From: an uncultured delta proteobacterium
Lineage (GTDB): Bacteria > Myxococcota_A > UBA9160 > UBA4427
DNA: 64,000 nt
Assembly: GCA_963822965.1 (NCBI GenBank)
Contig: CAWGJT010000011.1
Location: forward strand, 32,001-96,000
Direction of reading: 5' to 3'
Position numbers and translations under genes: made by a program. Every line of letters starts with the position of its first letter. Positions within the stretch are counted from its first letter, which is position 1. Below the pieces are notes generated by a model, which was not told the DNA's origin, searched no databases, and saw only the letters and a program-made list of their open reading frames with translations. Positions 49,359 through 59,281 of this stretch are shown piece by piece.

Positions 49359-50908
49359 ATGCGGGATCTCGACAAGCCGCCCGGCAACGCCCGGATCGCG
49401 GCCGCGCTGCTGGACGTGCTGACCGCGGTCGGGTCTGGCGCCAGCCGGACGCGTGCCGAACGGGCCCTCGAGAACGGTCCCCCGCGTCGCCGTCGCACGG
49501 ACTGGATCGAGACGGACCGCATTCGCGACGCCTTCCGGGCGGCCGGCGTGGGTCCGAAGCTCGCCCGCCGGGTGGGACGCGAGCTGGTGGCCCCGGAGGC
49601 CATCGGGCTGCTCCTCAGCTTCACGGGCATCGCCACGCCCGAGAAGGCCTACCGGCGCTGCGAGGCGCTGCTGCCTCGGGAGGACCCCGGGCGACCACTT
49701 CCACGCCGTCCACATCCAGGAGGGGAGGGCGCGCGTCGAGTTCCGTCCCGCGCACCCGTCTCCCCACGACGTCCTCTTCTGCGCCCTGCGCGTCGGCATG
49801 CTCGAGGCGATGACCCCACTGTACGGCCTGCTGCCGGCGCACGTGGACGAGACCGACTGCGCCCATCGCGGGGGTTCCGCCTGCGTGTACGAGGTGCGCT
49901 GGCAGCGCACGCCGCGCACCGGCCTCATGATTGGCGCCGGGGTGGGCGCCGTGCTGGGCGGCGCGGCGGGCGCCGGGCTGGCGGTGCTGGGCGGCATGGC
50001 CGGCATCTGGGCGGTGGGCATCGGCCTGCTCGTCTCCCTGACGGCTGCCTCCGCGGGGCGTTCGGTGGACCTGGCGCGTCAGCTCGACGCCGTGGCCCGG
50101 GGCGGGCTCGGCCAGCTCGCGCTCCTCGACCAGGCGGACGGCGTGCTGGCGGAGAAGATGGACGTGCTGGCGAAGCTCGAGAAGGCGAGCGCCAACACCG
50201 CCGCCGAGCGGACGCCTCGGATCGACGCCCCTGCGCGGCCAGGAGAGCGCGCGCGAGGCGCCGGCACTGGCGCGCCGGCTGCATCGTCCGGTGGCCAGCC
50301 TGCAGCGTCTGCTGGAGGAGCTGCGGGGGGCTCTCGTCGCGAGCGCCGAGGCGACCGGCCCACGGCGGAGCTCGAGCTGCTGGACGAGTGCGTCGAGCAC
50401 ACCCGCGACCTGCAGACCATCGGGGCCGATCTGGTGGAGGGCGCGGACGTCGCGACCCACGAGCCCGCGGATCTCGCGGATATCGCGCGGCGCGGCGTGG
50501 CGGCGGTGCTGCCCGGGCAGCCGGACGATCTGGAGATCGCCGTCTCCCTCGAAGCCGACCCGGCCTTCGTGCGCTGCCAGCCCTTCCAGATCGAGCAGGT
50601 GGTGATCCAGCTCGTCACCAACGCCGCCACCGCCATGGAGGGCAAGGGCCGCGTGGAGGTGGAGCTGCGGAAGTGTCCCGGAGGGCTTCGAGCTGTCGGT
50701 CACCGACAGCGGCGACGGCATCGACCCCGAGGTGCTCGACGGTCTCTTCGATCCGTTCTTCCAGTCGCCGGACGCGCCCGACGGCGGCCTGGGCCTGGCC
50801 ATCTGCTACCGCATCATCGACCGGCACGGCGGCGAGCTGTCGCTGCACAGCGAGCCGGGCCGCGGCACCCGCGTGGCGGTGGTGCTGCCCACCTGCGTGG
50901 GCCGCTGA
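49359..50908 (+). pseudogene. V4R-like + TM + HATPase sensor-kinase-like gene with several frameshifts (pseudogene or sequencing errors)
   Basis: VDETDCAHRGGSACVYEVRW, two TM segments, QIEQVVIQLVTNA, then SVTDSGDGIDP, FDPFF, GLGLAICYRII. Pieces lie in different frames with shifts near 49690, 50230-50350 and 50680. Confidence 0.7.
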
Positions 50909-50918
50909 GGCGCTCGCC

Positions 50919-51827
50919 TCACGCCGGCTCTCCGCCCGGGGGCGGCCGGCGCTTCGCCCGGGACGACAGGGCCTCCAGGGTCACCGCCCCGGCCACCACC
51001 ATGGCGCCCGCGACGGCCACCGCGCCCACGGGCTCGCCCAGGGCCAGGGCGCCCGCCGCGAGCCCCACCACCGGCTGCAGGAACACGAAGGCCGCCATGG
51101 TGCTCACCGACGTCTGACGCAGGGCGAAGTTCCACGTCCAGGTGCCGAAGGCGGTGGCCACGAAGGCCAGCACCACCACCCACACCAGGCCCTGCCGCGC
51201 CTTCTCGGCGTCGAAGGGCTCGGGCCAGGCCAGCAGCCCGATGGGCACCAGCGAGAGCGCCACGATCGTGAGCGAGATGCGCATGGGGTCGTGGCGCGCG
51301 AGCAGCGGCTTCGTGGCCACGGTGTAGATCGCCCAGGAGAGGTGGCCCACGGCGATCAGCACGTCGCCCAGCGGGTCGCTCACGCTCGGGTCGAGCCGCC
51401 CCTGGGAGACGACGGTGACGGCGCCCGCCGTTCCCAGCAGCACCGCCAGGCTGCGCGCCGGGTTCAGGCGATCGCCCAGGAAGAGAACGCCTCCGATCAC
51501 GATGCCGATGGGCTCGAGCGGCGTCAGCAGCGCGCCCATGGTGCCCGTCGAGCGCGAGATGCCCAGGGCCAGCAGCGCCTGGGGCAGGGCGAAGCCGCCC
51601 CACGCCGCCGTCAGCAGCAGCACCCAGTCCCGCCGGGTGAAGGGCACCGGCGCTGCAGCCACGCGCCGCGCGCGCGCCATGGCGAACAGGATCGCCATCC
51701 CCAGCAGCTGCCGGAAGAAGATCATCGTCCACGGCTCGAGGCCCTGGAGCGCCAGCTTCGTGAAGATCGAGGCCAGGCCGCCGCAGGTCTGTGTCGCCAG
51801 GATCGCCAGCAGGACGGCCGGAGTCAT
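50919..51827 (-). CDS. DMT/EamA family transporter
   Basis: About 10 TM segments in two repeats, FLQPVVGLAAGALALGE. Confidence 0.9.
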   Translation of the reverse strand: MTPAVLLAILATQTCGGLASIFTKLALQGLEPWTMIFFRQLLGMAILFAMARARRVAAAPVPFTRRDWVLLLTAAWGGFALPQALLALGISRSTGTMGALLTPLEPIGIVIGGVLFLGDRLNPARSLAVLLGTAGAVTVVSQGRLDPSVSDPLGDVLIAVGHLSWAIYTVATKPLLARHDPMRISLTIVALSLVPIGLLAWPEPFDAEKARQGLVWVVVLAFVATAFGTWTWNFALRQTSVSTMAAFVFLQPVVGLAAGALALGEPVGAVAVAGAMVVAGAVTLEALSSRAKRRPPPGGEPA

Positions 51828-51845
51828 GGGAGGAGATCGCGGAGA

Positions 51846-52547
51846 TCAGTCGGCCGGAGGGGGATCCGGCGCAGGGAGGGGGCCGGTGAGGGAGGCCCGC
51901 TGGGAGATCTCGATCCAGCCGCCGGCCGGGTCGCGCACCATGGAGAAGACCGCCACCTCGCCCATGCGGCGGGGCGGCAGCCCTTCCCGGCCGCCCTTCG
52001 CCAGGATGCGCGCATGCTCGGCCCGGCAGTCGAAGACCTGGATCGTGAGATAGCGGTAGCCGCGCCCCGCGAGCCCCGGGTGGACGGCGGCCCCGGCGTC
52101 TTCCTCGAGCAGCAGCAGCGAGTCGCCGCAGCGGAAGGCGTCCGGGCCGGCGCCTTCCAGGCCCAGCACGTCGCCGTAGAAGGCGCGCTGGGCCGGCAGA
52201 TCGGGGGCTGCGATGCGCACGGCCACGCCCGCGACGCCGGCCTCGCCCGGGGGCACGAGCCGCACGCGATTGCCGTCGGGATCGACGAGCGAGCGCTCTT
52301 CGGCCAGGCCCGGCCGGGCGATCCACAGCTCCCGCAGGCCCGTGGGCGGCCCTTCGGGCAGCCCGTTCCGGCTGTGGTTCAGCTTGAAGACGCTGCCGTT
52401 CATGGCGTGGCGGTGCTGCATGTTCCCGCCGCCCGTGGGGAGCGCCTCCTCGAAGAGCAGTCCCACCTCCTGCTGCCAGAAGGCCAGCATGGGCTCTGCG
52501 GTGTCGGTCATGACGGCGACGTCGAGGTGGGGCTTGGCGAGCTTCAT
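51846..52547 (-). CDS. Two-domain VOC/glyoxalase family protein
   Basis: LDVAVMT...FWQQEVGL, DPDGNRVRL, FYGDVLGL, RDPAGGWIEI. Confidence 0.85.
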   Translation of the reverse strand: MKLAKPHLDVAVMTDTAEPMLAFWQQEVGLLFEEALPTGGGNMQHRHAMNGSVFKLNHSRNGLPEGPPTGLRELWIARPGLAEERSLVDPDGNRVRLVPPGEAGVAGVAVRIAAPDLPAQRAFYGDVLGLEGAGPDAFRCGDSLLLLEEDAGAAVHPGLAGRGYRYLTIQVFDCRAEHARILAKGGREGLPPRRMGEVAVFSMVRDPAGGWIEISQRASLTGPLPAPDPPPAD

Positions 52548-52726
52548 TGGCCGGCGCTCCGTGAGCCCGCGAGGGTAGGCCGTTCGAGCCCCCCGGGCCG
52601 CCACAGAGGCCCCCCGACGGGTGTGGGGGTTGCATCCCGGCGATGCGTACCTACTCTCCCGCGCCTGCCGGCACCGGGGCTCGCTTCCGAGACCCGTGCT
52701 GCCGATGGACGAGATGGATTCAAGAA

Positions 52727-53088
52727 GGGGGCGATCTGGCTTCGACGGGTAGTCGAAGATTCGTGCTGCGTGCCGACGTCGTCACACCGTCGTGAAACAG
52801 GTGGCAAGTTGGTAGACATAACTGCCGACAACTACGCACTCGCTGCCTAGCTGAAACTGGGTTAGCGACATCCGTCCGCGACGCCTTCTAGCGGGTAGCG
52901 GGTGTCATCAGAAGGCTGGCTTCCCCGGCGCTGACAGGCCGCACGTGGGAGGCGAGACCGATGTCTGTCTAGGGCCCCGTACTCCCGACTTCGAGATCGC
53001 GGTGCCCGAAACTGATCGAAGTCTACGCACGTAGACGCGCGAATTGGAAGCTACGCGGACGCGGGTTCGATTCCCGCCGCCTCCACCA
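52727..53088 (+). ncRNA. ssrA: tmRNA
   Basis: 5' GGGGGCGATCTGGCTTCGAC, 3' T-arm GCGGGTTCGATTCCCGC plus CGCCTCCACCA. Tag ORF 52824-52850 encodes ADNYALAA* after a TAACT resume context. Confidence 0.97.
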
Positions 53089-53335
53089 TTTTGTCAACCA
53101 TTTCGAAGGGTCAATCTGCCTGGCTGCGATCCTCTGCAAACCCGCATCCCCAGCTCCAAAGTCCAGCGATTCCGGGGCGTTGTGCATGCGGCCTCCGACG
53201 GCGGGACAGATCGCCTACTCGTTCAGACCCCAGGCATCTCCTTCGCGGCGTGACTCCCAATGTGCGGCTGACGTGCCCGCGGCACCGTGACTGCTCGTAG
53301 ACTGCACGCGGGGATTCGACTCGGTGCGTGGTCCC

Positions 53336-54310
53336 CTACGCCGACTTGGGACGCGTGAAGCGTGCACGATACGAAGATGGAGGCACGCCCAGCGACTGCT
53401 GGAAGCGACGTCGCATCGTCTCGGCAGAGCCGAAGCCGCAGGTGGTGGCGACTTCTTCGATGCCCAACCCCTCGCGCTCGAGCAGCTGCCGCGCTCTCTC
53501 CACGCGGACGCGCTGAACATAGTGCGCGGGCGGTTCGCCCGTCTCCTGTGTGAAGACCCGTACGAAATGGCGGGTGCTCATCCCGGCGCGCCGCGCTAGC
53601 TCGGGGACGCGATGATCCTTTCCCGGGTTCTCGGCCACGTCCGCCTGTACGTCCCGGATTCCCGGATGCTCTGCTGTGGGTTGCCGGAGGGCAGCGCTGA
53701 ACTGGGACTGCCCGCCGGGTCGGTGGAGGAACATGACGAGGATGCGTGCGACTTCGAGCGCGAGATCAGGGCCGAGGTCCTCTTCGACCAGCGCCAGCGC
53801 GAGATCGATGCCAGCCGTGATCCCGGCGGAGGTATAGACGGGTCCATCCTTCACGTAGAGTGCATCGCGATCGACCGTCGCGTCCGGAACGATCTGGGCT
53901 AGCCGCTCGAGCTCGCGCCAATGTGTCGTCACGCGCCGTCCGGCGAGTACACCCGCTTCGGCGAGGATGAAGGCGCCGCTGCAGATGGAGACAACACGAC
54001 GAACTCGCCGCCAGCGCCGTCGGATCCAGGCGGTGGTGCCCGCGTCGAACTCCGCTTCGCCGAAGTCCATTCCGCCTGGAACCACGAGCGTATCGATGAC
54101 TCCGCGAAGCTCACTCAGGCCGCCCACTCGAAGGCCCACACCGGTCGCGGTGTCGACGTCTGCAACCGGGCCGACGAAGCTGAGGCGGTACGCCGGCTTC
54201 TTCCCGCGTGCGCTCCAGAGTTGGTTCGCAGCCATGAAGACATCGGCGGGGCCGGCCAGATCGAGCAGCTGGGTCCCGGGAAGAACCAGAAAGACGACAT
54301 GTTGGGTCAT
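53336..54310 (-). CDS. GlxA/FtrA-type AraC regulator (DJ-1/PfpI + AraC HTH)
   Basis: LDLAGPADVF, SICSGAF, TSAGITAGIDL, RPGGQSQFS, CGFGSAETMRRRF. Confidence 0.93.
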   Translation of the reverse strand: MTQHVVFLVLPGTQLLDLAGPADVFMAANQLWSARGKKPAYRLSFVGPVADVDTATGVGLRVGGLSELRGVIDTLVVPGGMDFGEAEFDAGTTAWIRRRWRRVRRVVSICSGAFILAEAGVLAGRRVTTHWRELERLAQIVPDATVDRDALYVKDGPVYTSAGITAGIDLALALVEEDLGPDLALEVARILVMFLHRPGGQSQFSAALRQPTAEHPGIRDVQADVAENPGKDHRVPELARRAGMSTRHFVRVFTQETGEPPAHYVQRVRVERARQLLEREGLGIEEVATTCGFGSAETMRRRFQQSLGVPPSSYRARFTRPKSA

Positions 54311-54393
54311 GGGTGAGAGTATGGCGCAAAATGTGTGGTATTTGTCATTTACGCCATCTCGTTTCCAGACGATCCTCTCGGTTGGAGGAAGTC

Positions 54394-55308
54394 ATGGCCA
54401 TCGTGAATCGACCCAAGAGCGAGCTGCCGAGCAAGCTGAAGGGGATCCACCTGTTTCACTACGGTGGAGCGCCCTGTGCGCAGCGAGTGCGATTCGTGCT
54501 TGCCGAGAAGGGGATCCGGCGTGGCCCAGACGTGCCGTGGCGCTCGGACGCCGCCAAGCATCTCACGGCGCCGGCGGGTACCTACATCGGTCGTCCGATT
54601 TCCTTGCCTCGGCAGGTGAATTTGAGCGAGGAATACGCCGCGATCCATCCCAACCTCGTGGTTCCCGCGCTCGTGCACGACGGTGTGCTCCACATCGAGT
54701 CGGTCGACATCATGAACTACGTCGATCAAGAACTCGAAGGTCCCGCACTCATGCCCGAGGGCGAGCTCGGTGAGGAATGTCGCGAGCTCGTCAAGCGCGC
54801 GTCGGAGCTTCAGACCGCAGTTCGGCACGTGACGTATCGATGGAGCCTCGGCGGTCTGGCGAAGCTCAATCCGCGAAAGCTCGCAGAACTCCAGCGCATC
54901 GATTCACCGGATTCGCCCGAACAGCTCGCCGATTTCTATCGCCGCTTCAGTAACGGCGACATCTCCGAGGATGTGTTCGCCGGCTACGTGACGAGCTTGA
55001 CCGAGGGTTTTCGCGAGGTCGAAGCCCGGTTGGCCGATGGCCAGACGTGGCTCTGTGGTGAGACGTTCTCGATGGCGGACATCATCTGGGCTGTGAAGGT
55101 CCAACGGATCGACGAGGCCGGCTATCCGTTCGCGACCTCCTTTCCGCAGCTCGAGTCCTGGTTCGATCGAGTTCGCGCTCGCCCGGGTTTCAAGGAAGCG
55201 ATCGGCCGCGACCTGGGCGCGGCAACTCGATTCATGCGGGTGCGTGGTGCCGTCCAAAACCTTCTCGGCCGTGGACTTCAAAGTGTTTCAACGAGGGGAG
55301 GGAGTTGA
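54394..55308 (+). CDS. Glutathione S-transferase family protein
   Basis: GGAGG RBS, PCAQRVRFVLAEKGI, HPNLVVPALVHDG...ESVDIMNY, FSMADI. Confidence 0.85.
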   Translation: MAIVNRPKSELPSKLKGIHLFHYGGAPCAQRVRFVLAEKGIRRGPDVPWRSDAAKHLTAPAGTYIGRPISLPRQVNLSEEYAAIHPNLVVPALVHDGVLHIESVDIMNYVDQELEGPALMPEGELGEECRELVKRASELQTAVRHVTYRWSLGGLAKLNPRKLAELQRIDSPDSPEQLADFYRRFSNGDISEDVFAGYVTSLTEGFREVEARLADGQTWLCGETFSMADIIWAVKVQRIDEAGYPFATSFPQLESWFDRVRARPGFKEAIGRDLGAATRFMRVRGAVQNLLGRGLQSVSTRGGS

Positions 55309-56057
55309 GCGTGCTTGCCAGCGATCGCGGCCGAGATGCCACCCCGAAGCTGATCTGGCGTTTCGCCCTCTACGGCGTGGAGGAGAGGCTGCGTGCACTG
55401 CGACATCGGCTCGGGCTCCTGCGGCTCCGGGATCTCGACGCGCACACGGATCGGGTACCGGATTCGCCGCTCGCGAAGGCGGCCTTCGAGCTGGCAGCGG
55501 GCCTGTCCTCGCCGCTGCTGCTGAACCACGCAGTCCGTACCTACCACTTCGGCGCAATCTTGGCTTCGCGAAGCGGCCTGCAACTCGATCGAGAATTGCT
55601 CTACGTCGCGTCGGTGTTGCACGATCTCGGGCTTACTCCCACATACGAGGCGGAACCCGGCTCTTTCGAATGGGTCGGCGCGAGGCGAGCGCGTGCCTTC
55701 GGCATCGAGCAGGGAATGGAGGCCCAGCGCGCCGACCTTCTTCACGACGCGATCGCGCTGCACAGCTCCGTCGGAATCGCGGGTTCGCGCGAGCCGGAGA
55801 TCGCCATGGTGCACTACGGCGCGGGCTTGGATCTCTTCGGCTCGCGTCTGGCTGAGATCCCGCTCCTCGAACTCGAACGTCTGCTCGAGGAATGGCCGCG
55901 TTGCGGCTTCAAGATGGACTTCCCGACCTGTCTCGAGAGGCAAGTGGAACTCAAACCACAGTCTCACATCGCCGGTGCGATGGGACTCGGGCTCGCAGGC
56001 CGCGTCCGCGCCGCTCCTTTTGCCCCGCTGCGGGGCCTGAACCCCTCAGGCCCCTGA
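55305..56057 (+). CDS. HD-domain hydrolase (cyanamide hydratase-like); last codons and stop supplied by repeat element A1
   Basis: LNHAVRTY, VLHDLGL, FEWVGA, AIALH. The C-terminal PLRGLNPSGP* is encoded inside 56024-56057. Confidence 0.82.
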   Translation: MSVLASDRGRDATPKLIWRFALYGVEERLRALRHRLGLLRLRDLDAHTDRVPDSPLAKAAFELAAGLSSPLLLNHAVRTYHFGAILASRSGLQLDRELLYVASVLHDLGLTPTYEAEPGSFEWVGARRARAFGIEQGMEAQRADLLHDAIALHSSVGIAGSREPEIAMVHYGAGLDLFGSRLAEIPLLELERLLEEWPRCGFKMDFPTCLERQVELKPQSHIAGAMGLGLAGRVRAAPFAPLRGLNPSGP

Positions 56058-56119
56058 TTGACATAGCGTGAAGTTATCGGACCTCGAGCGCAAAACCGCG
56101 CTTGAAACGCCTATCCGCC
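56024..56119 (+). mobile_element. Mini-element A1 (96 bp): hairpin + dif-like core + IS91/ISCR oriIS-like end
   Basis: Identical to 62251-62346. Hairpin GGGGCCTGA/TCAGGCCCC, core 56056-56084, end GCGCTTGAAACGCCTATCCGC. The repeat is certain, the function is inferred. Confidence 0.7.
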
Positions 56120-56275
56120 ACAAGCGAGGGTCAGCGCGGAGCGTCGCGCGCAGCTACACACGTCCTTGCCCAGGGATGCCGTAGTCACGGGAAAGCCTCC
56201 CGGAGTACTCACTTCGCACCTTCTCGGATGCCACTACATGTTCGCGCCGAATCTGAGGGGCTCCACTCCTACAGC

Positions 56276-56337
56276 TCTACAATTAACGTCCATACTCCGA
56301 CGTCGAGCCAGAACGCAGCTTGAACGCCCTATCCCCC
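56276..56337 (+). mobile_element. Mini-element C (partial relative of element B)
   Basis: 56284-56336 matches 60125-60177 at 49/53 positions and ends GCAGCTTGAACGCCCTATCCCC. Confidence 0.65.
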
Positions 56338-56409
56338 ACCGCTCGCGCAGGACAGGGTCACGCCCAGGAGCAACACCGGGAAGGCCAGCGAACGGGACGG
56401 TGATCTCAT
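56329..56409 (-). pseudogene. Lipoprotein signal-peptide remnant truncated by element C
   Basis: MRSPSRSLAFPVLLLGVTLSC-ASGGG*, with a lipobox LSC and the stop inside the element end. Confidence 0.5.
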
Positions 56410-56552
56410 GGCGCACTCTTCCAACCGGGGGTTTGCAAGCGGCGCCTTGGTGGGTGATCAACGACAATTACTTCTGCCGCCCAACGACAACTAGAACTGC
56501 CGGTTCGTCGCTGTAGCTGACGCCTGCGACCCTCGGGGGAGGGGGTCGAGGG

Positions 56553-58037
56553 ATGGTGACGGACGAGCAGGTTCGGTTGTTGAGGCAGAAGCGGATGGAC
56601 GGGAAGAGGCAGGAAGCGGCGGCCGCAGGGGCCGGGATGAGCGTCCGGACGGCTCGGAAGTGGGAGCATGGTCCGTTGCCCTCGGAGACGAAGTCGGGCC
56701 GCTCGTGGCGGACGCGGCACGACCCGTTCGAGGGGGTGTGGGACGCGGAGATCGTCCCGCTGCTGGTGCGGGACGAGTGGCGGGTGCTGCAGGCGACGAC
56801 CCTGCTGGAGCTGCTGGAAAGCCGCCATCCGGGGCGCTTCGGGGTGGGGCAGCTTCGGACCCTGCAGCGCCGGATCCGAGACTGGCGTGCCATGCACGGC
56901 CCGGACCGTGAGGTGTACTTCGAGCAAGCGCACCCGCCTGGCCGGGAGGGGCAGCTCGACTTCACGGACTGTCGATCGCTGGCCGTGACGATCGCCGGCG
57001 AGCCGCTCGACCATCTGCTCTTCGAGTTCATCCTGAGCTTCAGTGGCTGGCGCTGGGCGTGCCTGGCCTTCGGCGAGACGTTCGAGGCGCTCGTGGACGG
57101 ACTGCAGGGCGCGCTCTTCGCCCTGGGCGGTGTGGTCGAGGTGGCTCGCTCCGACAACCTCTCGGCCGCCACCCACGAGCTGAAGCGCAGCGGCGGCCGG
57201 GCGTTGAACGCCCGCTTCGCTGCCGTGCTCGCCCACTACGGACTCCGTTCGACGCGGATCCATCCGGGGCGATCGCATGAGAACGGCGTGGTCGAGCAGG
57301 GGCACCGGCGGCTGAAGTCGGCCCTCGCGCAAGCGTTGGTGATCCGGGGTAGCCGGGACTTCGCGAGCGTCGCGCTCTACGAGGCCTTCGTGGGCGAGGT
57401 GGTCGAACGGCTCAACCGGCCGACGCTGTTGCGGCTCGAGGAGGAGCGACCGCACCTGCGACCGCTTCCGGCATCCCCGGTGCCGTCCTACACGACCTAC
57501 CGCGTGAAGGTCCGGCGATGGAGCACGATCCGGATCGGGAACAAGACCTACTCGGTGCCCTCGCGTCTTCGCGACCACGAGGTCGAGGCGCGGCAGCACG
57601 CGAACCACGTCGAGGTCTTCTACCAGGGCAAGCTCGTGGAGCGGATGCCCCGCCTTCGCGGTGGCTGCGAGCACCGGATCGACTACCGCCACGTGATCTG
57701 GTCGCTGGTGCGCAAGCCGGGCGCGTTCGCCCGCTACCGCTACCGAGAGGAGCTCTTCCCGAGCCCGACCTTCCGGGAGGCCTACGACGCCTTCTCCCGC
57801 TACCAGGGCGAGCGCGCGGACGTCGACTACGTCCGAACGCTGCACCTGGCGGCGAGCACGATGGAGGCCACTGTCGAGCGTGCGCTGCGCGAGCTACTCG
57901 ATCGCAGGGAGCGCTTCGACTACGGGAGCGTGCGCGAGCTCGCCGCCCCGGCCGAGCCGGCCGTCCCGGTGCTGACGACACCGCGGGTGCCCGATCTCCG
58001 CATCTACGACGCGCTGCTCGTCGAGGTGCGCCCGTGA
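56553..58037 (+). CDS. istA: IS21 transposase IstA
   Basis: RTLQRR, GQLDFT, RSDNLSAA, HENGVVE (DDE triad), YSVPSRL. Confidence 0.95.
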   Translation: MVTDEQVRLLRQKRMDGKRQEAAAAGAGMSVRTARKWEHGPLPSETKSGRSWRTRHDPFEGVWDAEIVPLLVRDEWRVLQATTLLELLESRHPGRFGVGQLRTLQRRIRDWRAMHGPDREVYFEQAHPPGREGQLDFTDCRSLAVTIAGEPLDHLLFEFILSFSGWRWACLAFGETFEALVDGLQGALFALGGVVEVARSDNLSAATHELKRSGGRALNARFAAVLAHYGLRSTRIHPGRSHENGVVEQGHRRLKSALAQALVIRGSRDFASVALYEAFVGEVVERLNRPTLLRLEEERPHLRPLPASPVPSYTTYRVKVRRWSTIRIGNKTYSVPSRLRDHEVEARQHANHVEVFYQGKLVERMPRLRGGCEHRIDYRHVIWSLVRKPGAFARYRYREELFPSPTFREAYDAFSRYQGERADVDYVRTLHLAASTMEATVERALRELLDRRERFDYGSVRELAAPAEPAVPVLTTPRVPDLRIYDALLVEVRP

Positions 58038-58839
58038 CGGCAAAGAACGATCGCATCGAAGCGCTCTGCTCGGCGTTCCGGCTCCCCACCTTGGCGGCCG
58101 AGGTGGTCCCGCGCTTCCAGGCGGCCGAGCACGGGGCGGCGCTCTCGACCTTGCTCGAAGTGCTCGAGCTCGAGGCCGGGGATCGCCGGCAGCGGCGAGA
58201 GGACCGGCTGCGACGGGCCGCCAAGCTTCTGGCCGGCAAGACCTGGGACACGCTCGACGCCACCCGGCTCCCGGTCAAGCTGCAGCAGCAGCTCGAAGAG
58301 CTGGCCACGGGGGCCTTCCTCGAGCGCGCGATCAACGTCCTCGCGTTCGGTCTTCCGGGAACCGGCAAGACGCATGCGATGCCGCCCTCGGCCATCGGCT
58401 GATCGAGCAGGGGCACTCGGTGCTCTTCGTGCCAACCTACAAGCTCGTCCAGGACCTCCTGGCCGCGAAGCGCGATCTCGATCTTCCGCGAGCCCTGCGC
58501 AAGCTCGATCACTTCGAGGTGCTGATCCTCGATGATCTGGGCTACCTGAAGCACCGCGCGGACGAGGCCGAGGTGCTCTTCACCCTGATCGCCGAGCGCT
58601 ACGAACGCCGCTCCCTGATCGTCACCAGCAACATGGTGTTCAGCCAGTGGGAGGAGATCTTCCAGAGCCCCATGGCGACGGCCGCCGCGATCGACCGTAT
58701 CGTGCATCACTCCGTGATCGCCGAGTTCGACGTCGGCAGCTATCGAACCGAAGAGGCCCAGGGCCAAGCCAAGCAGGCCGCCGCGCCCGCCGCCCAAGGG
58801 CGCCGGGCGCGAACGGGAAACGCCAAGAACCGGAAGTGA
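58034..58839 (+). CDS. istB: IS21 helper ATPase IstB with a one-base frameshift near 58381
   Basis: GLPGTGKTHA (Walker A), then in another frame LILDDLGY, ERYERRS, TSN, AAIDRIVHHS. Confidence 0.9.
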
Positions 58840-59281
58840 CGAGCGCCTCTGGAACCTCCCTTGAACTACGTGGAGAGACCACCACAGCGGAAGAAGTAGT
58901 TGTCGTCGACCGGAAAGAATGGTTGACGCCGATCAGGTGGGGCCCGGCATCATACGAACTGCCGCCGGTCGAGCGCGCGAAGCTCGATCAGTCCCGCTGC
59001 GGGTTGCTCCTGCCGGGCTCGCGAGCCTGCCTGCCTCGCGGCAGTGCGACCGGAACTGCTCCAGGGCATGCCGGGGGTACCACAGTCGCGACACGCTCAC
59101 GAGACTGCCGTTCAGCGGCCCGGCTTGCCAGCGCCGGTCCGCAGCACCAACGGCTGGTCAGGCGATGTGCCGCCCTCAGCCGCGGTTGGGAGGCTTCACG
59201 AGTCGTTCCACTTCTGCCCGCATGCCATCCATGCCATGCAGGAGCACGCCGGGCACGGGTGAAGCTGTCGTCGAAGAGCTG

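Larger units (their letters stand above)
56455..58935 (+). mobile_element. IS21-family insertion sequence with 6-bp target duplication GGTGGG
   Basis: TGATC...GATCA termini, repeated ACGACAA(T/C)TA motifs at both ends, GGTGGG at 56449-56454 and 58936-58941, contains istA and istB. Confidence 0.93.

Noticed and set aside
49359..52850. 1163-aa ORF ending in the tmRNA tag
   Set aside because: Frameshifted kinase start plus antisense shadow of the EamA and VOC genes. Ending in frame with the tag is coincidental.
56056..56084. The chromosomal dif site itself
   Set aside because: Multiple divergent copies inside accessory DNA, whereas chromosomal dif is normally single.
56058..56090. TTGACA in the mini-elements as a sigma70 -35 box
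   Set aside because: No acceptable -10 hexamer at 16-18 bp in A or B. It is better explained as the reverse complement of a XerD-like arm.
59145..59191. attC-like hairpin CCAAC-GGCTG...CAGCC-GCG-GTTGG
   Set aside because: About 47 bp, shorter than typical attC sites, imperfect boxes and single copy.
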